NCBI GenBank assembly: GCA_039683575.1
Contig: JBDKRC010000202.1
Coordinates: forward strand, 1-14,221
Direction of reading: 5' to 3'
Source: Armatimonadia bacterium
Lineage (GTDB): Bacteria; Armatimonadota; Zipacnadia; Zipacnadales; UBA11051
DNA length: 14,221 nt
Both the position numbers and the translations under genes were made by a program. The notes beneath the pieces were generated by a model, which saw nothing but the letters and a program-made list of their open reading frames with translations, made no database searches and had not been told where the DNA came from. Shown in pieces: positions 1-7,171 of this stretch (positions are counted from its first letter, which is position 1; every line of letters starts with the position of its first letter).

Positions 1-50
1 TCGGTGGCGGCCTGGCTGAGCGGGTGGAGGTCGATGAAAAGTGGGTGCAT
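1..50 (-). CDS. 5' end of the next gene of the portal operon (MHPLFIDLHPLSQAAT...), truncated by the window edge
   Basis: ATG at 50-48 and an open frame to the window end, same strand as the portal. Only 16 codons are visible and there is no clear SD. Confidence 0.45.
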   Translation of the reverse strand, partial: MHPLFIDLHPLSQAAT

Positions 51-60
51 TCTAGTTCAC

Positions 61-280
61 TTGCCGGCGGATGAATCGCCCCTGGCTGGCAGGGCTGCGG
101 TGGGGGCCGCAGTAGCGGACCCCGCCAGCCGGGGCTCCCCCTTGCGACTATCCCGAGGGACAGAGGGACGCGCGTTCAGCTTTTCCTGCCGTCCGACGTT
201 GCCGCCGGCCAGACCGCGAGCTGAGCGCGGTGAAGTGTACCCGGCCGTTTCGCCCCGGCCGGCCCTGTCAGGATTCAGGG
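61..280 (-). ncRNA. Candidate highly structured non-coding RNA, unknown family
   Basis: At least seven helices: CCCUG/CAGGG, CCGGCCG/CGGCCGG, ACCGCG/CGCGGU, CCGGCG-GCAA-CGUCGG, CUGUCC-CUCG-GGAUAG, GCCCC+GGCUGGCGGGG/CCCUGCCAGCC+GGGGC, CUGCGG/CCGCAG. G-U wobbles and a GNRA loop appear only on the minus strand. Two possible loop pseudoknots. Confidence 0.62.
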
Positions 281-595
281 TATGTGTGGGCTTGATCCTT
301 TCTTGGCTGGCTTCTCCAGCTCGTACTGCTCGGCCTTGGCCTCCGGCGGGATGCCGATGAAGCGCCGGTGACCGTGCTGGTTCTGCACGATCAGGCCGTC
401 CTCGCCGTGATCGAGCACCTTGTAGTCCTGCTGTGCACGTGACTTGTGCCCGGCCAGGTGCTCCCACTTGAGCTTGTGCTTCTGACCTTCATGCTCGACG
501 GTGCAACCGTGGCGGCCGGTGCAGAGCACCTTGCCGACCTTGGGCTCACCTCGGTGGTGGAAGAACACCTCATCGCCGGGATAGGCGCGGCTCAC
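275..595 (-). CDS. Small phage hypothetical protein (~106 aa) with two internally similar beta-rich units
   Basis: GTG start at 595 overlaps the portal TGA (GTGA coupling). Sequence SRAYPGDEVFFHHRGEPKVGKVLCTGRHGCTVEH...YKVLDHGEDGLIVQNQHG; GC-ending codons like its neighbours. Confidence 0.8.
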   Translation of the reverse strand: MSRAYPGDEVFFHHRGEPKVGKVLCTGRHGCTVEHEGQKHKLKWEHLAGHKSRAQQDYKVLDHGEDGLIVQNQHGHRRFIGIPPEAKAEQYELEKPAKKGSSPHIP

Positions 596-2295
596 GGATC
601 CACCCTCCACACCGGCAGGCCAAATGACTTCTGCATGTCCTCGCCGTTGTCGTCCTGCGGGGCGTCCTTACCGGGAACCTGATCCTGATCAGGAGCGCCG
701 CCCGGCTGACCGGGCTGGCCGGGCCCATTGCCGAACTGGCCAACGCCACCGGGTGCGTCCGGGTTGCCGTAGTCTTCCTGGCTGCCCTGCAGGTTCTGCA
801 TGTAGGCGCCCATGACCACCTGGTTGAGCGGTGCGTCGCCCCACTCGACCTCTTCCCAGCCGCGAGCCTTGCGGGCCTCGTTGACCGTACGGAGAGCCGT
901 TTCTTCGACCCAGGACTGCTCCGGGGAGAGCTCGTCAAGGCCGGTCCAGCGGAAGCAATACTTGTCTCCAAAGTCGGAGACGATGTAGTCGCTGAAGATG
1001 TCCTCGTAGTAGGCCAGCAGCGGGCGCAAGCCCTTGTCCTTGGAGTTGATCAGCTTCTCTTCGGTGTCGCTGCCGGACAGCGAGCTTGTGCCCGCCGTGA
1101 AGCTCTCGAAGTTGATCTCGTCCGGCGCCATGCCGTAGATCGCGCAGATGATCGAGGTCAGGAAGGTCATCCACTTGGCGAACATGATCTCGTTCACGTC
1201 GACGCCGAAGTTCTCGAAGGAGGCCTTCGATTCCTGATTCTTCGAGACCATGACCGGCAGGGTCCAGGCATTGTTGATGCCCTTGACCATGGCGTTCCAG
1301 TAGCGCTTGAAGGCCGACAGATCCTCGTTTGAGTAGTCGCCGGAGAGGTGCAGCAGACCCTTCGGGATGGAGTTGCTGTCGAAGTATTTCAGGTTGTAGG
1401 TCATGGCGTTCAGCAGGCCAGTGACCACCTTGATCAGCAGCTCGGTCTCCGAGAACCCATAGGAACCCACCATGACGTCCGTGCGCGGGTTACGCGGCAC
1501 ATAGATCAGGTCGTCATAGGTGTAGGCGGCGCGCAGGTTCCCTTGGACCACCTGCAGGGCAAAGATCTCGTCGTCGCCGCGGTACCCGGATTCGGAGCAC
1601 AGGCGGACAGTGGCGCCGTCGACAGCGTACATGCCATCAAGACCCAGCGACTTGTCCCGCTTCCACTCGGTTTCAATCGGCATCGAGTCCAGCACGAGGC
1701 TGTCGCGGACCAGTTTCGCCATGAAGTTGGAGAAGTTGTCGCGCTTCAGGCGCATGCGCTGGCGAGGGTTGGTTTCCCAGCCGCAGTTGGTGAAGAAGCC
1801 CTCGAGCAGCTTGATTGACTGCTGTTCCTGCTCGCCGAGTTTGGCAGTCGGGTCTTTCGGGCGAATGGCGAAGCCCGGCCCCTTCCCGCTCTCCTGCACC
1901 CGGCAGAAGCGGCGTACCTGGCGCTGGCGCGTCCAGATCACCGAGGACAGGATCGGCGTCTGGTCGACCATGGTCCGCATCAGGTCGAAGGCAAATGCGC
2001 CAGGCCGCTCGTAGTAATCCCCAAGCAGCTCGACCCGGCGTTCATCCAGGAACACCGACTGCATGCCAGGCTGCTTCTCCTTGATCGCTTTGGACGGGAA
2101 CGGGATGACGTTGGGCTTGGTCAGCGCTTTCGTCATCTCCTGTTCGGCGTACTGGTTGCGCATGAACTCCACGACCGGGAGCATGTCGACGACGCTCGAC
2201 GGCATCGCCGCTTTCTGGGCGACAGCCATGGCGTCGCGCTGCTCATCGGCAGGTGCGGCGGGATTGTGGGCTACTTCAAGGGCTTTATCGCTCAT
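592..2295 (-). CDS. Phage portal protein
   Basis: 567 aa with portal-like segments: LVRDSLVLD..IE, YAVDGATVR, DLIYVPRNPRTD...YGFS, NLKYFDSNSIPKGLL, ICAIYGMAPDEI, GLRPLL, RTVNEARK..G; low-complexity P/G/Q tail. Confidence 0.88.
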   Translation of the reverse strand: MSDKALEVAHNPAAPADEQRDAMAVAQKAAMPSSVVDMLPVVEFMRNQYAEQEMTKALTKPNVIPFPSKAIKEKQPGMQSVFLDERRVELLGDYYERPGAFAFDLMRTMVDQTPILSSVIWTRQRQVRRFCRVQESGKGPGFAIRPKDPTAKLGEQEQQSIKLLEGFFTNCGWETNPRQRMRLKRDNFSNFMAKLVRDSLVLDSMPIETEWKRDKSLGLDGMYAVDGATVRLCSESGYRGDDEIFALQVVQGNLRAAYTYDDLIYVPRNPRTDVMVGSYGFSETELLIKVVTGLLNAMTYNLKYFDSNSIPKGLLHLSGDYSNEDLSAFKRYWNAMVKGINNAWTLPVMVSKNQESKASFENFGVDVNEIMFAKWMTFLTSIICAIYGMAPDEINFESFTAGTSSLSGSDTEEKLINSKDKGLRPLLAYYEDIFSDYIVSDFGDKYCFRWTGLDELSPEQSWVEETALRTVNEARKARGWEEVEWGDAPLNQVVMGAYMQNLQGSQEDYGNPDAPGGVGQFGNGPGQPGQPGGAPDQDQVPGKDAPQDDNGEDMQKSFGLPVWRVDP

Positions 2296-2302
2296 GCCCT
2301 GA

Positions 2303-2318
2303 AGGATGCTGTCACGAC
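2303..2318 (-). promoter_or_regulatory. Putative phage late promoter for the portal operon (GTCGTGAC-AG-CATCCT)
   Basis: Same octamer and 2-nt spacing to a -10-like YANNNT box as ahead of the tail and terminase genes; 7 nt from the box to the portal ATG. Confidence 0.65.
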
Positions 2319-2348
2319 GACGGCCGGAGTACCGCCAGCTGCCAGATC

Positions 2349-2364
2349 GTCGTGACGCTACCCT
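2349..2364 (+). promoter_or_regulatory. Putative phage late promoter for the tail gene (GTCGTGAC-GC-TACCCT)
   Basis: Second copy of the motif, back-to-back with the portal copy, forming a 10-bp inverted repeat at 2311-2320 / 2347-2356. Confidence 0.65.
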
Positions 2365-2392
2365 TTAGAAAACACAATTCGCGGTAAGCACC

Positions 2393-4699
2393 ATGACCGA
2401 TAACGCCCCTGAGCAAGTCCCTGGAAAGCAGCTTCAAGACCTCGACCCTGCCAGCCCCATCACTGCAACAAGCTGGTTCCTGGTGGAGCAGAATGGGGTA
2501 TCCAAGAGGGCTAATGCTGAAGACTTGCGTCCCTACTTCAAGGGCGACCAAGGTGATCAGGGCATCCAGGGGCCCATGGGCGACATCACCCCAGGGCTTG
2601 AGGCGCTTCAGCTTGATGTGCAGGAAAATGCATCTGTGGCGGAAAGCGCGGCAGATGCTGCAGTCGTCGCACAGGGACTCGCCAGCAACAGCGCCACTAC
2701 TGCATCCGGTAGCGCCGCAGCCGCCCTCCAATCGGAGCAAAATGCGCTGGCCTACAAGGCGACCGCTGAGCAGGCGGCCAGCGATGCCAATACAGACGCA
2801 CTTGCTGCCGCCCAGAGCAAGCTAGATGCCGCTGACAGCGCATCGACCGCAGCATCGCATAAGGACAACGCCGAAGTGGCGGCTCTTGCGGCCGCTCAGT
2901 CCGAGGCCAATGCCAGCGACTCTGAAAATGCCGCTACCGCATCGGCATTGACTGCGACCACTCAAGCCAGCCTCGCCACCGCCGCCAAGACCGCCGCCGA
3001 GTCCGCCCGCGATGCGGCGCAACTGTCTGCTGGGGTCTATGTGGATACGGCTGCCGGGCTGGCCGCAACGACCAGCGGCGATTATTTCAGCGTGCCATCG
3101 GCGGATTCCTCTGAGTACCTGATTCTTTACCGCAACAACCTCGGCGTGGCGGACGAGATCAAGCGTTACCCGAGTGCCGATGCTGCTGCAGCCTACATCA
3201 CATCTCTCACTGATGAGGTATTTTTCCGCGTTGTTCCCAACCTGTTTTCGGCGGCAAATCTACTGGTGCGCCGGTACACCGCCGCAGGCACGTTCAACGA
3301 CTATACCGCTGGCTATTCGCAGACCGCAACCGGCGACGGTCTGCGCGTCGCGATTCCGTCAGCCGGCTCCGGCAAGATCAAGCACTATGTCAGGACTGGC
3401 GTTTCGTGGACCTCTGAGTCGATGACTGCCGAGTTTCTTGACGTTGCATCACTGTCTGAATCGGCGGCTGTCGGCATTGGCGCCATCATTGGCGGCCAAT
3501 ACATCGCCTACACGCTATCGAAGACTGGTAACCTATTTGTGGTGAATGGCTTTGGCTCTACGCTAATTGTTTCTGGCCTCGGCACCTATGCCGCTGGTGA
3601 CGACATCAAGTTCGCGCTCCATGGCGGCTACCTGCGAGTCTATGTCAATGGCAGCCAGTGGTACGAAGCCGCCATCGCAGAGGACTTCACTGCCGGTGAG
3701 CTTATCTTTGCGCAGATAGGCTTCCTGTCATATACCGGAAAGGTCACGTCCAACTTCGACCCAGTGCGCACCTATATCTCCGACTCGGTCGCTTCCGCTT
3801 TCCCCAATGTCTTTTACAGCTACTCGCTCACGGGCGGCTCTACTTCCGGGAATGAGTTTTTTATGGTGTATTCGCGGTTGGCGGGGGAGCGCTACGTCGG
3901 TTACAAGATCGGCCGTTTTGTGCATGTCTCTGAGCTGGTCTTTGCTGACTACTGGCGGCTGGAAGAGGCGGCGTTGTTCATCTACAACCCGCTGGAAAAC
4001 CAGTTTGAAAAGACCGGCGTCGTGCTGCTGGGGAGTGGTGAAAACGAGTGTGTCTGGAAGCGGAATTCATCCAAGGACGACTTTACGGGCGGCATCCACG
4101 GCGACGAAAAAACCACCGCCGTTTCGTTCTTTGCTGGCGGTGTTGAGATCGACCCGGCGCTGCTGTCGTCCGCCATTGCGCTCACCCCGTGCGATAGCTT
4201 CAGCTACAAGGTGCTGTCCAACATGCACGCTACTGCCGAGGGCGGCGTGCCGATTGCGGGGCATCCTGTCGAGTGCACCCACATCAAGGTCACGTCATTT
4301 CACGGTGGCGGATACAGGACGTTTAATAGGATGACCTGGGTGAATCCGGGACTGGTGACGCTCTGGTATGCCGGGATCGCCTGTATCGGCAAGGACGCCG
4401 CCTCCGACGGGTATACGGACGGCACTTATGTGGCTGCGGCCTACACTGGCTCTGGCGATAATGTTGATAAGGCTGTCGGGCCGCGTGAATTCCACGCATG
4501 GAATGCGACGCTCGGGTACTCGGCAGAAGTGACCAGCCGAATCATGAAGCCTGCAGATCAGGACGCAGCCGCAACCCTGTTCATTCATGACCGCACTACC
4601 GACAGCAAGTATTACCGGCGTCAGGCCCCGGTCACGGTCGTGGCTGGCGACGTGTGGGAGAGCGAGATGACGGTCGCCTACTCAACGAGCAATCCGTAA
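2393..4699 (+). CDS. Tail fibre / tail spike-like virion protein (putative receptor-binding protein)
   Basis: 768 aa. N-terminal QLQDLDPA...FLVEQNGVSKR motif, short collagen-like GDQGDQGIQGPMG, long Ala/Ser-rich coiled coil, and a YVDTAAGLAATTSGDYFSVPS...YLILYRN module typical of prophage tail proteins, followed by a beta-rich C-terminal region. Confidence 0.72.
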   Translation: MTDNAPEQVPGKQLQDLDPASPITATSWFLVEQNGVSKRANAEDLRPYFKGDQGDQGIQGPMGDITPGLEALQLDVQENASVAESAADAAVVAQGLASNSATTASGSAAAALQSEQNALAYKATAEQAASDANTDALAAAQSKLDAADSASTAASHKDNAEVAALAAAQSEANASDSENAATASALTATTQASLATAAKTAAESARDAAQLSAGVYVDTAAGLAATTSGDYFSVPSADSSEYLILYRNNLGVADEIKRYPSADAAAAYITSLTDEVFFRVVPNLFSAANLLVRRYTAAGTFNDYTAGYSQTATGDGLRVAIPSAGSGKIKHYVRTGVSWTSESMTAEFLDVASLSESAAVGIGAIIGGQYIAYTLSKTGNLFVVNGFGSTLIVSGLGTYAAGDDIKFALHGGYLRVYVNGSQWYEAAIAEDFTAGELIFAQIGFLSYTGKVTSNFDPVRTYISDSVASAFPNVFYSYSLTGGSTSGNEFFMVYSRLAGERYVGYKIGRFVHVSELVFADYWRLEEAALFIYNPLENQFEKTGVVLLGSGENECVWKRNSSKDDFTGGIHGDEKTTAVSFFAGGVEIDPALLSSAIALTPCDSFSYKVLSNMHATAEGGVPIAGHPVECTHIKVTSFHGGGYRTFNRMTWVNPGLVTLWYAGIACIGKDAASDGYTDGTYVAAAYTGSGDNVDKAVGPREFHAWNATLGYSAEVTSRIMKPADQDAAATLFIHDRTTDSKYYRRQAPVTVVAGDVWESEMTVAYSTSNP

Positions 4700-4815
4700 C
4701 GCTGACCCCTGATACAAAGTCAGGTTATCTCCAGCCCAATACCCTGAAAAATTAACCACATACGCGCGCTCGACCAAAATCCGGGCGCGCATAGGGCGCT
4801 TTTACTCAAAATTGC

Positions 4816-4845
4816 TTGCCTTTGCTCTTTTTTGAGGCGTAGAAT
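4816..4845 (+). promoter_or_regulatory. Sigma70-type promoter for the rdgC operon (TTGCCT-18 bp-TAGAAT)
   Basis: Near-consensus -35 (4816-4821) and -10 (4840-4845) in an AT-rich intergenic region, 30 nt before an ATG that has an AAGGGGAAG RBS. Confidence 0.6.
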
Positions 4846-4875
4846 CCACCCAGCAACCAGCAAAGGGGAAGATTC

Positions 4876-5172
4876 ATGGCCGACCGCATCGCTCTCGCTC
4901 TCGCCGCCTGCGAAGGGCTCACCAACGAAGAGCTCGCAGCCAGAGGCGCCGGCTCGTTCAAGAAGATGATCCGCCGCAAGCGCATGTACGCCACCGTTGC
5001 CAGAGGGCTGGCGATGGACGTGCAGGTCGTTGCCGGCAAGCTCGCCAAGGCTCAGGACGAGGCCGCCAAGGCCAAGGCCACCGCCTCCATGCTGGAATCT
5101 CTCGACGCGCCGATCACCGACACCTCGCAGGCCCAGGAGCTCCTGGCCAGCGCCTTGCAGAAAGGGGGCTGA
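4876..5172 (+). CDS. Phage hypothetical protein (98 aa, helical)
   Basis: RBS AAGGGGAAG, strong GC3 bias; the N-terminus ADRIALALAACEGLTNEEL resembles a motif seen in phage early proteins. Confidence 0.75.
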   Translation: MADRIALALAACEGLTNEELAARGAGSFKKMIRRKRMYATVARGLAMDVQVVAGKLAKAQDEAAKAKATASMLESLDAPITDTSQAQELLASALQKGG

Positions 5173-5223
5173 TGCCCGACCCGCCGCCCGGTCGGTCACC
5201 GGGTACCCGACAAGAGAAAGGAC

Positions 5224-6138
5224 ATGTTACGACTCATCAAGAACGCCATTGTTTTCAAGGCGGCGCTGCCTGCCGCCGAACACATGACCACCCATCTGGC
5301 CGAGCTGCCTCACGGCCCCCTCACCGAGGCACAGTTGTGCCGGACCAGCTTCGTCCCGAACAGCACGACCAACGAGCTCGTGACCCCCTTCGAGGGCGGC
5401 TATTCCTTCTGTCTCCGCATGGACGAGAAGATCCTGCCGACGTCGATCGTGCGGGCCAGGGCTGCTGAGCGCTTCGCCGAGGCCGAGGCCAAGATGACGC
5501 GGCGCCTCAAGAAGGTCGAGCGTGACGCCATCCGTGAGCAGGTGTTCCTCGAGCTCGCTAAGGTTGCCCTGATCAAGACCACCGTCGTCACGGCCTTCTA
5601 TCACCATGCCGAGCAGCTGCTGGTCGTTGCCACCCCGAGCAAGCGTCTGGCGCAGGTGCTGATCGCCTTAGTCATCAAGGTTGTCGGCTCGGTGAAGACC
5701 GAGACCATCCGCATCAGCGACATCAAGCACGGCCTGACCACGCGCCTTGGCAACCACTTGGAAGGTGCTGTCGACAATCCGCCGTTCGGTGACTTCGAGC
5801 TGGGTGAATTCTGTGAGCTGAAGAAGGGCAGCGAGAAGGTCAGCTACCAGATCAGCGACCTCAGCACCGCCTCCAGCGGGCTCAGCGACGCCATTGGCGA
5901 TGGCTTCGAGGTGGATCGCATTCAGCTGACCTACAAGGACGTGACCTTTAAGCTGACCGCTGATTTCCACTTCAAGTCCGTGACCTTCGCCACCGAGCTC
6001 GAGCACGACGAGGCCGAGGCCTGCGATCCGGCCTTCATCTGGCGCCACGAAGCGTCTGTCCAGCTGCTGCAGTTTGCGGCCGTAGTGACGACGGTCTGCG
6101 ACCTGCTGGGCTACCAGCCGCCAGCCAACGAGGCCTGA
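5224..6138 (+). CDS. rdgC: Recombination-associated protein RdgC (phage-encoded)
   Basis: 304 aa, typical RdgC length. IKNAIVFK N-terminus, SFVP...ELV, DEKILPTSIVR, RRLKKVERDAIREQV, FELGEFCELK, VTFKLTADFHFKSV. Confidence 0.88.
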   Translation: MLRLIKNAIVFKAALPAAEHMTTHLAELPHGPLTEAQLCRTSFVPNSTTNELVTPFEGGYSFCLRMDEKILPTSIVRARAAERFAEAEAKMTRRLKKVERDAIREQVFLELAKVALIKTTVVTAFYHHAEQLLVVATPSKRLAQVLIALVIKVVGSVKTETIRISDIKHGLTTRLGNHLEGAVDNPPFGDFELGEFCELKKGSEKVSYQISDLSTASSGLSDAIGDGFEVDRIQLTYKDVTFKLTADFHFKSVTFATELEHDEAEACDPAFIWRHEASVQLLQFAAVVTTVCDLLGYQPPANEA

Positions 6139-6185
6139 CCCCCATCCGCCCGGCTCCGGCCGGGCCCCACTCCAGAGAGAAAGGT

Positions 6186-6776
6186 ATGAGCGTTTACAAG
6201 CGTTATTTCGAAATCAAGGACGCGGCCACACTCGCAAAGATTGACCAGATCCTGGCTGATCAGGAGGCCTATAACGAAGGGCTAAAAAAGATCAAAGAGG
6301 ACATCTGTGCAACCCAGGTATTCACCTACAGCCGCAGCGGACGCCTTGCAGGTTTCGCGTTTGCTTCCCCTCATGACCTCTCCGATTTCAAGCGCGTAGG
6401 GGGTGCCTGGTTACCGAAGAAGAACACCTCCGTCGGCAGGGCAATCTGGAAGCAGATCAACCGTCTTAAATGCCCCGGGACACTGGATGACGCCCTTAGC
6501 GTCTCAGGAATCTTCCACGAGCTTTGCCTCACTGATGGCAGCATGGGTTATGGCGCCAGTATCTGCGGATCAAAGACCAAAAAACGCTGGTTTGCTGTAG
6601 TGCCGTGGCGCGATGTCGATCCGAAAGAAATGGAGCAGTACAAGGCCGACAATGCGGCCGGCAATCGCTACTGCGCGGCACTTGATCATCTTCAGTGGGT
6701 TCCGCCAGCTGAGTGGGTTGAGATGAAGGAATGGCAGCTGCTGAAGGCCATGGACGAACTGAAGGGGGCGGCATGA
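6186..6776 (+). CDS. Phage hypothetical protein, possibly Eac-like
   Basis: 196 aa, RBS GAGAAAGG. AWLPKKNT..GRAIWKQI and C-terminal PPAEWVEMKEWQL resemble Eac-type phage early proteins (recognition from memory only). More A/T-ending codons than its neighbours. Confidence 0.7.
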   Translation: MSVYKRYFEIKDAATLAKIDQILADQEAYNEGLKKIKEDICATQVFTYSRSGRLAGFAFASPHDLSDFKRVGGAWLPKKNTSVGRAIWKQINRLKCPGTLDDALSVSGIFHELCLTDGSMGYGASICGSKTKKRWFAVVPWRDVDPKEMEQYKADNAAGNRYCAALDHLQWVPPAEWVEMKEWQLLKAMDELKGAA

Positions 6777-7171
6777 GCCTACCATTCTCCCCTGGCATTC
6801 ACCCCAGCGTCCTGGCCGCCAACGAAGACGAGCTCCGGCGGGTGTTCCCGCCAGAGAACGAGCGCGAGGAGTTTCTGCATCGCGTCATCGAGTGGCTGTC
6901 GCCGCTGGCAGAGATCAACACCATCACGGAGATCTCAGACCTCGACCCGGAGGACCGGGAGCAGGTCATGACAGTCGCGGATGCCCTGCGGGACAAGGAG
7001 AACGCCGTGAGAGAAAGCGGCGACCTGCGCGAGCGGCTCAGGGTGCTTCGGCTTGGCGTCAAGGGGGCCTACCTCGAGGGCGCTGCCATCGCGTCGGTTG
7101 AAGGCCGCCTCGAGGCGATCCTCGCTCGCCTCCAGGCGCTGATCAAGGACATCGACAGCCGCTACCCCTAA
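6773..7171 (+). CDS. Phage hypothetical protein (132 aa, acidic/coiled-coil)
   Basis: ATG at 6773 overlaps the upstream TGA (ATGA), with a GAAGGGGG RBS; this start is preferred over the ORF-track start at 6731. Confidence 0.72.
   Translation: MSLPFSPGIHPSVLAANEDELRRVFPPENEREEFLHRVIEWLSPLAEINTITEISDLDPEDREQVMTVADALRDKENAVRESGDLRERLRVLRLGVKGAYLEGAAIASVEGRLEAILARLQALIKDIDSRYP

Noticed and set aside
213-271. Hammerhead ribozyme reading of CUGACAG...GAAAC...GUC on the minus strand
   Set aside because: The core would need CUGANGA but reads CUGACAG, and the GAAA sits in the loop of a perfect 7-bp hairpin, so stems I-III cannot be built convincingly.
61-280. tRNA, tmRNA, HDV-like/twister ribozyme or intrinsic terminator identity for the structured region
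   Set aside because: No T-loop GTTCRA or CCA end, the ribozyme consensus cores could not be matched by eye, and no U-tract follows any hairpin.
4-467. ORFs 4..360 (+) and 57..467 (-)
   Set aside because: Arg/Ala/Pro/Gly-rich shadow translations of GC-rich structured sequence, overlapping the better-supported 275..595 gene.
2311-2356. 10-bp inverted repeat as a terminator, invertase site or IS end
   Set aside because: It lies between divergent genes with no U-tract or recombinase, and a third single copy sits before terL; two back-to-back promoters explain it better.
2630-3020. Repetitive GCC/GCA-rich DNA as a tandem repeat or CRISPR array
   Set aside because: It reflects Ala-rich coiled-coil coding sequence; there are no fixed-length repeats with unique spacers.
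4764-4803. Hairpin GCGCGCTCG/CGGGCGCGC as terminator of the tail gene
   Set aside because: The T-run starts about 9 nt after the stem rather than adjacent to it; possible but not supported enough to call.
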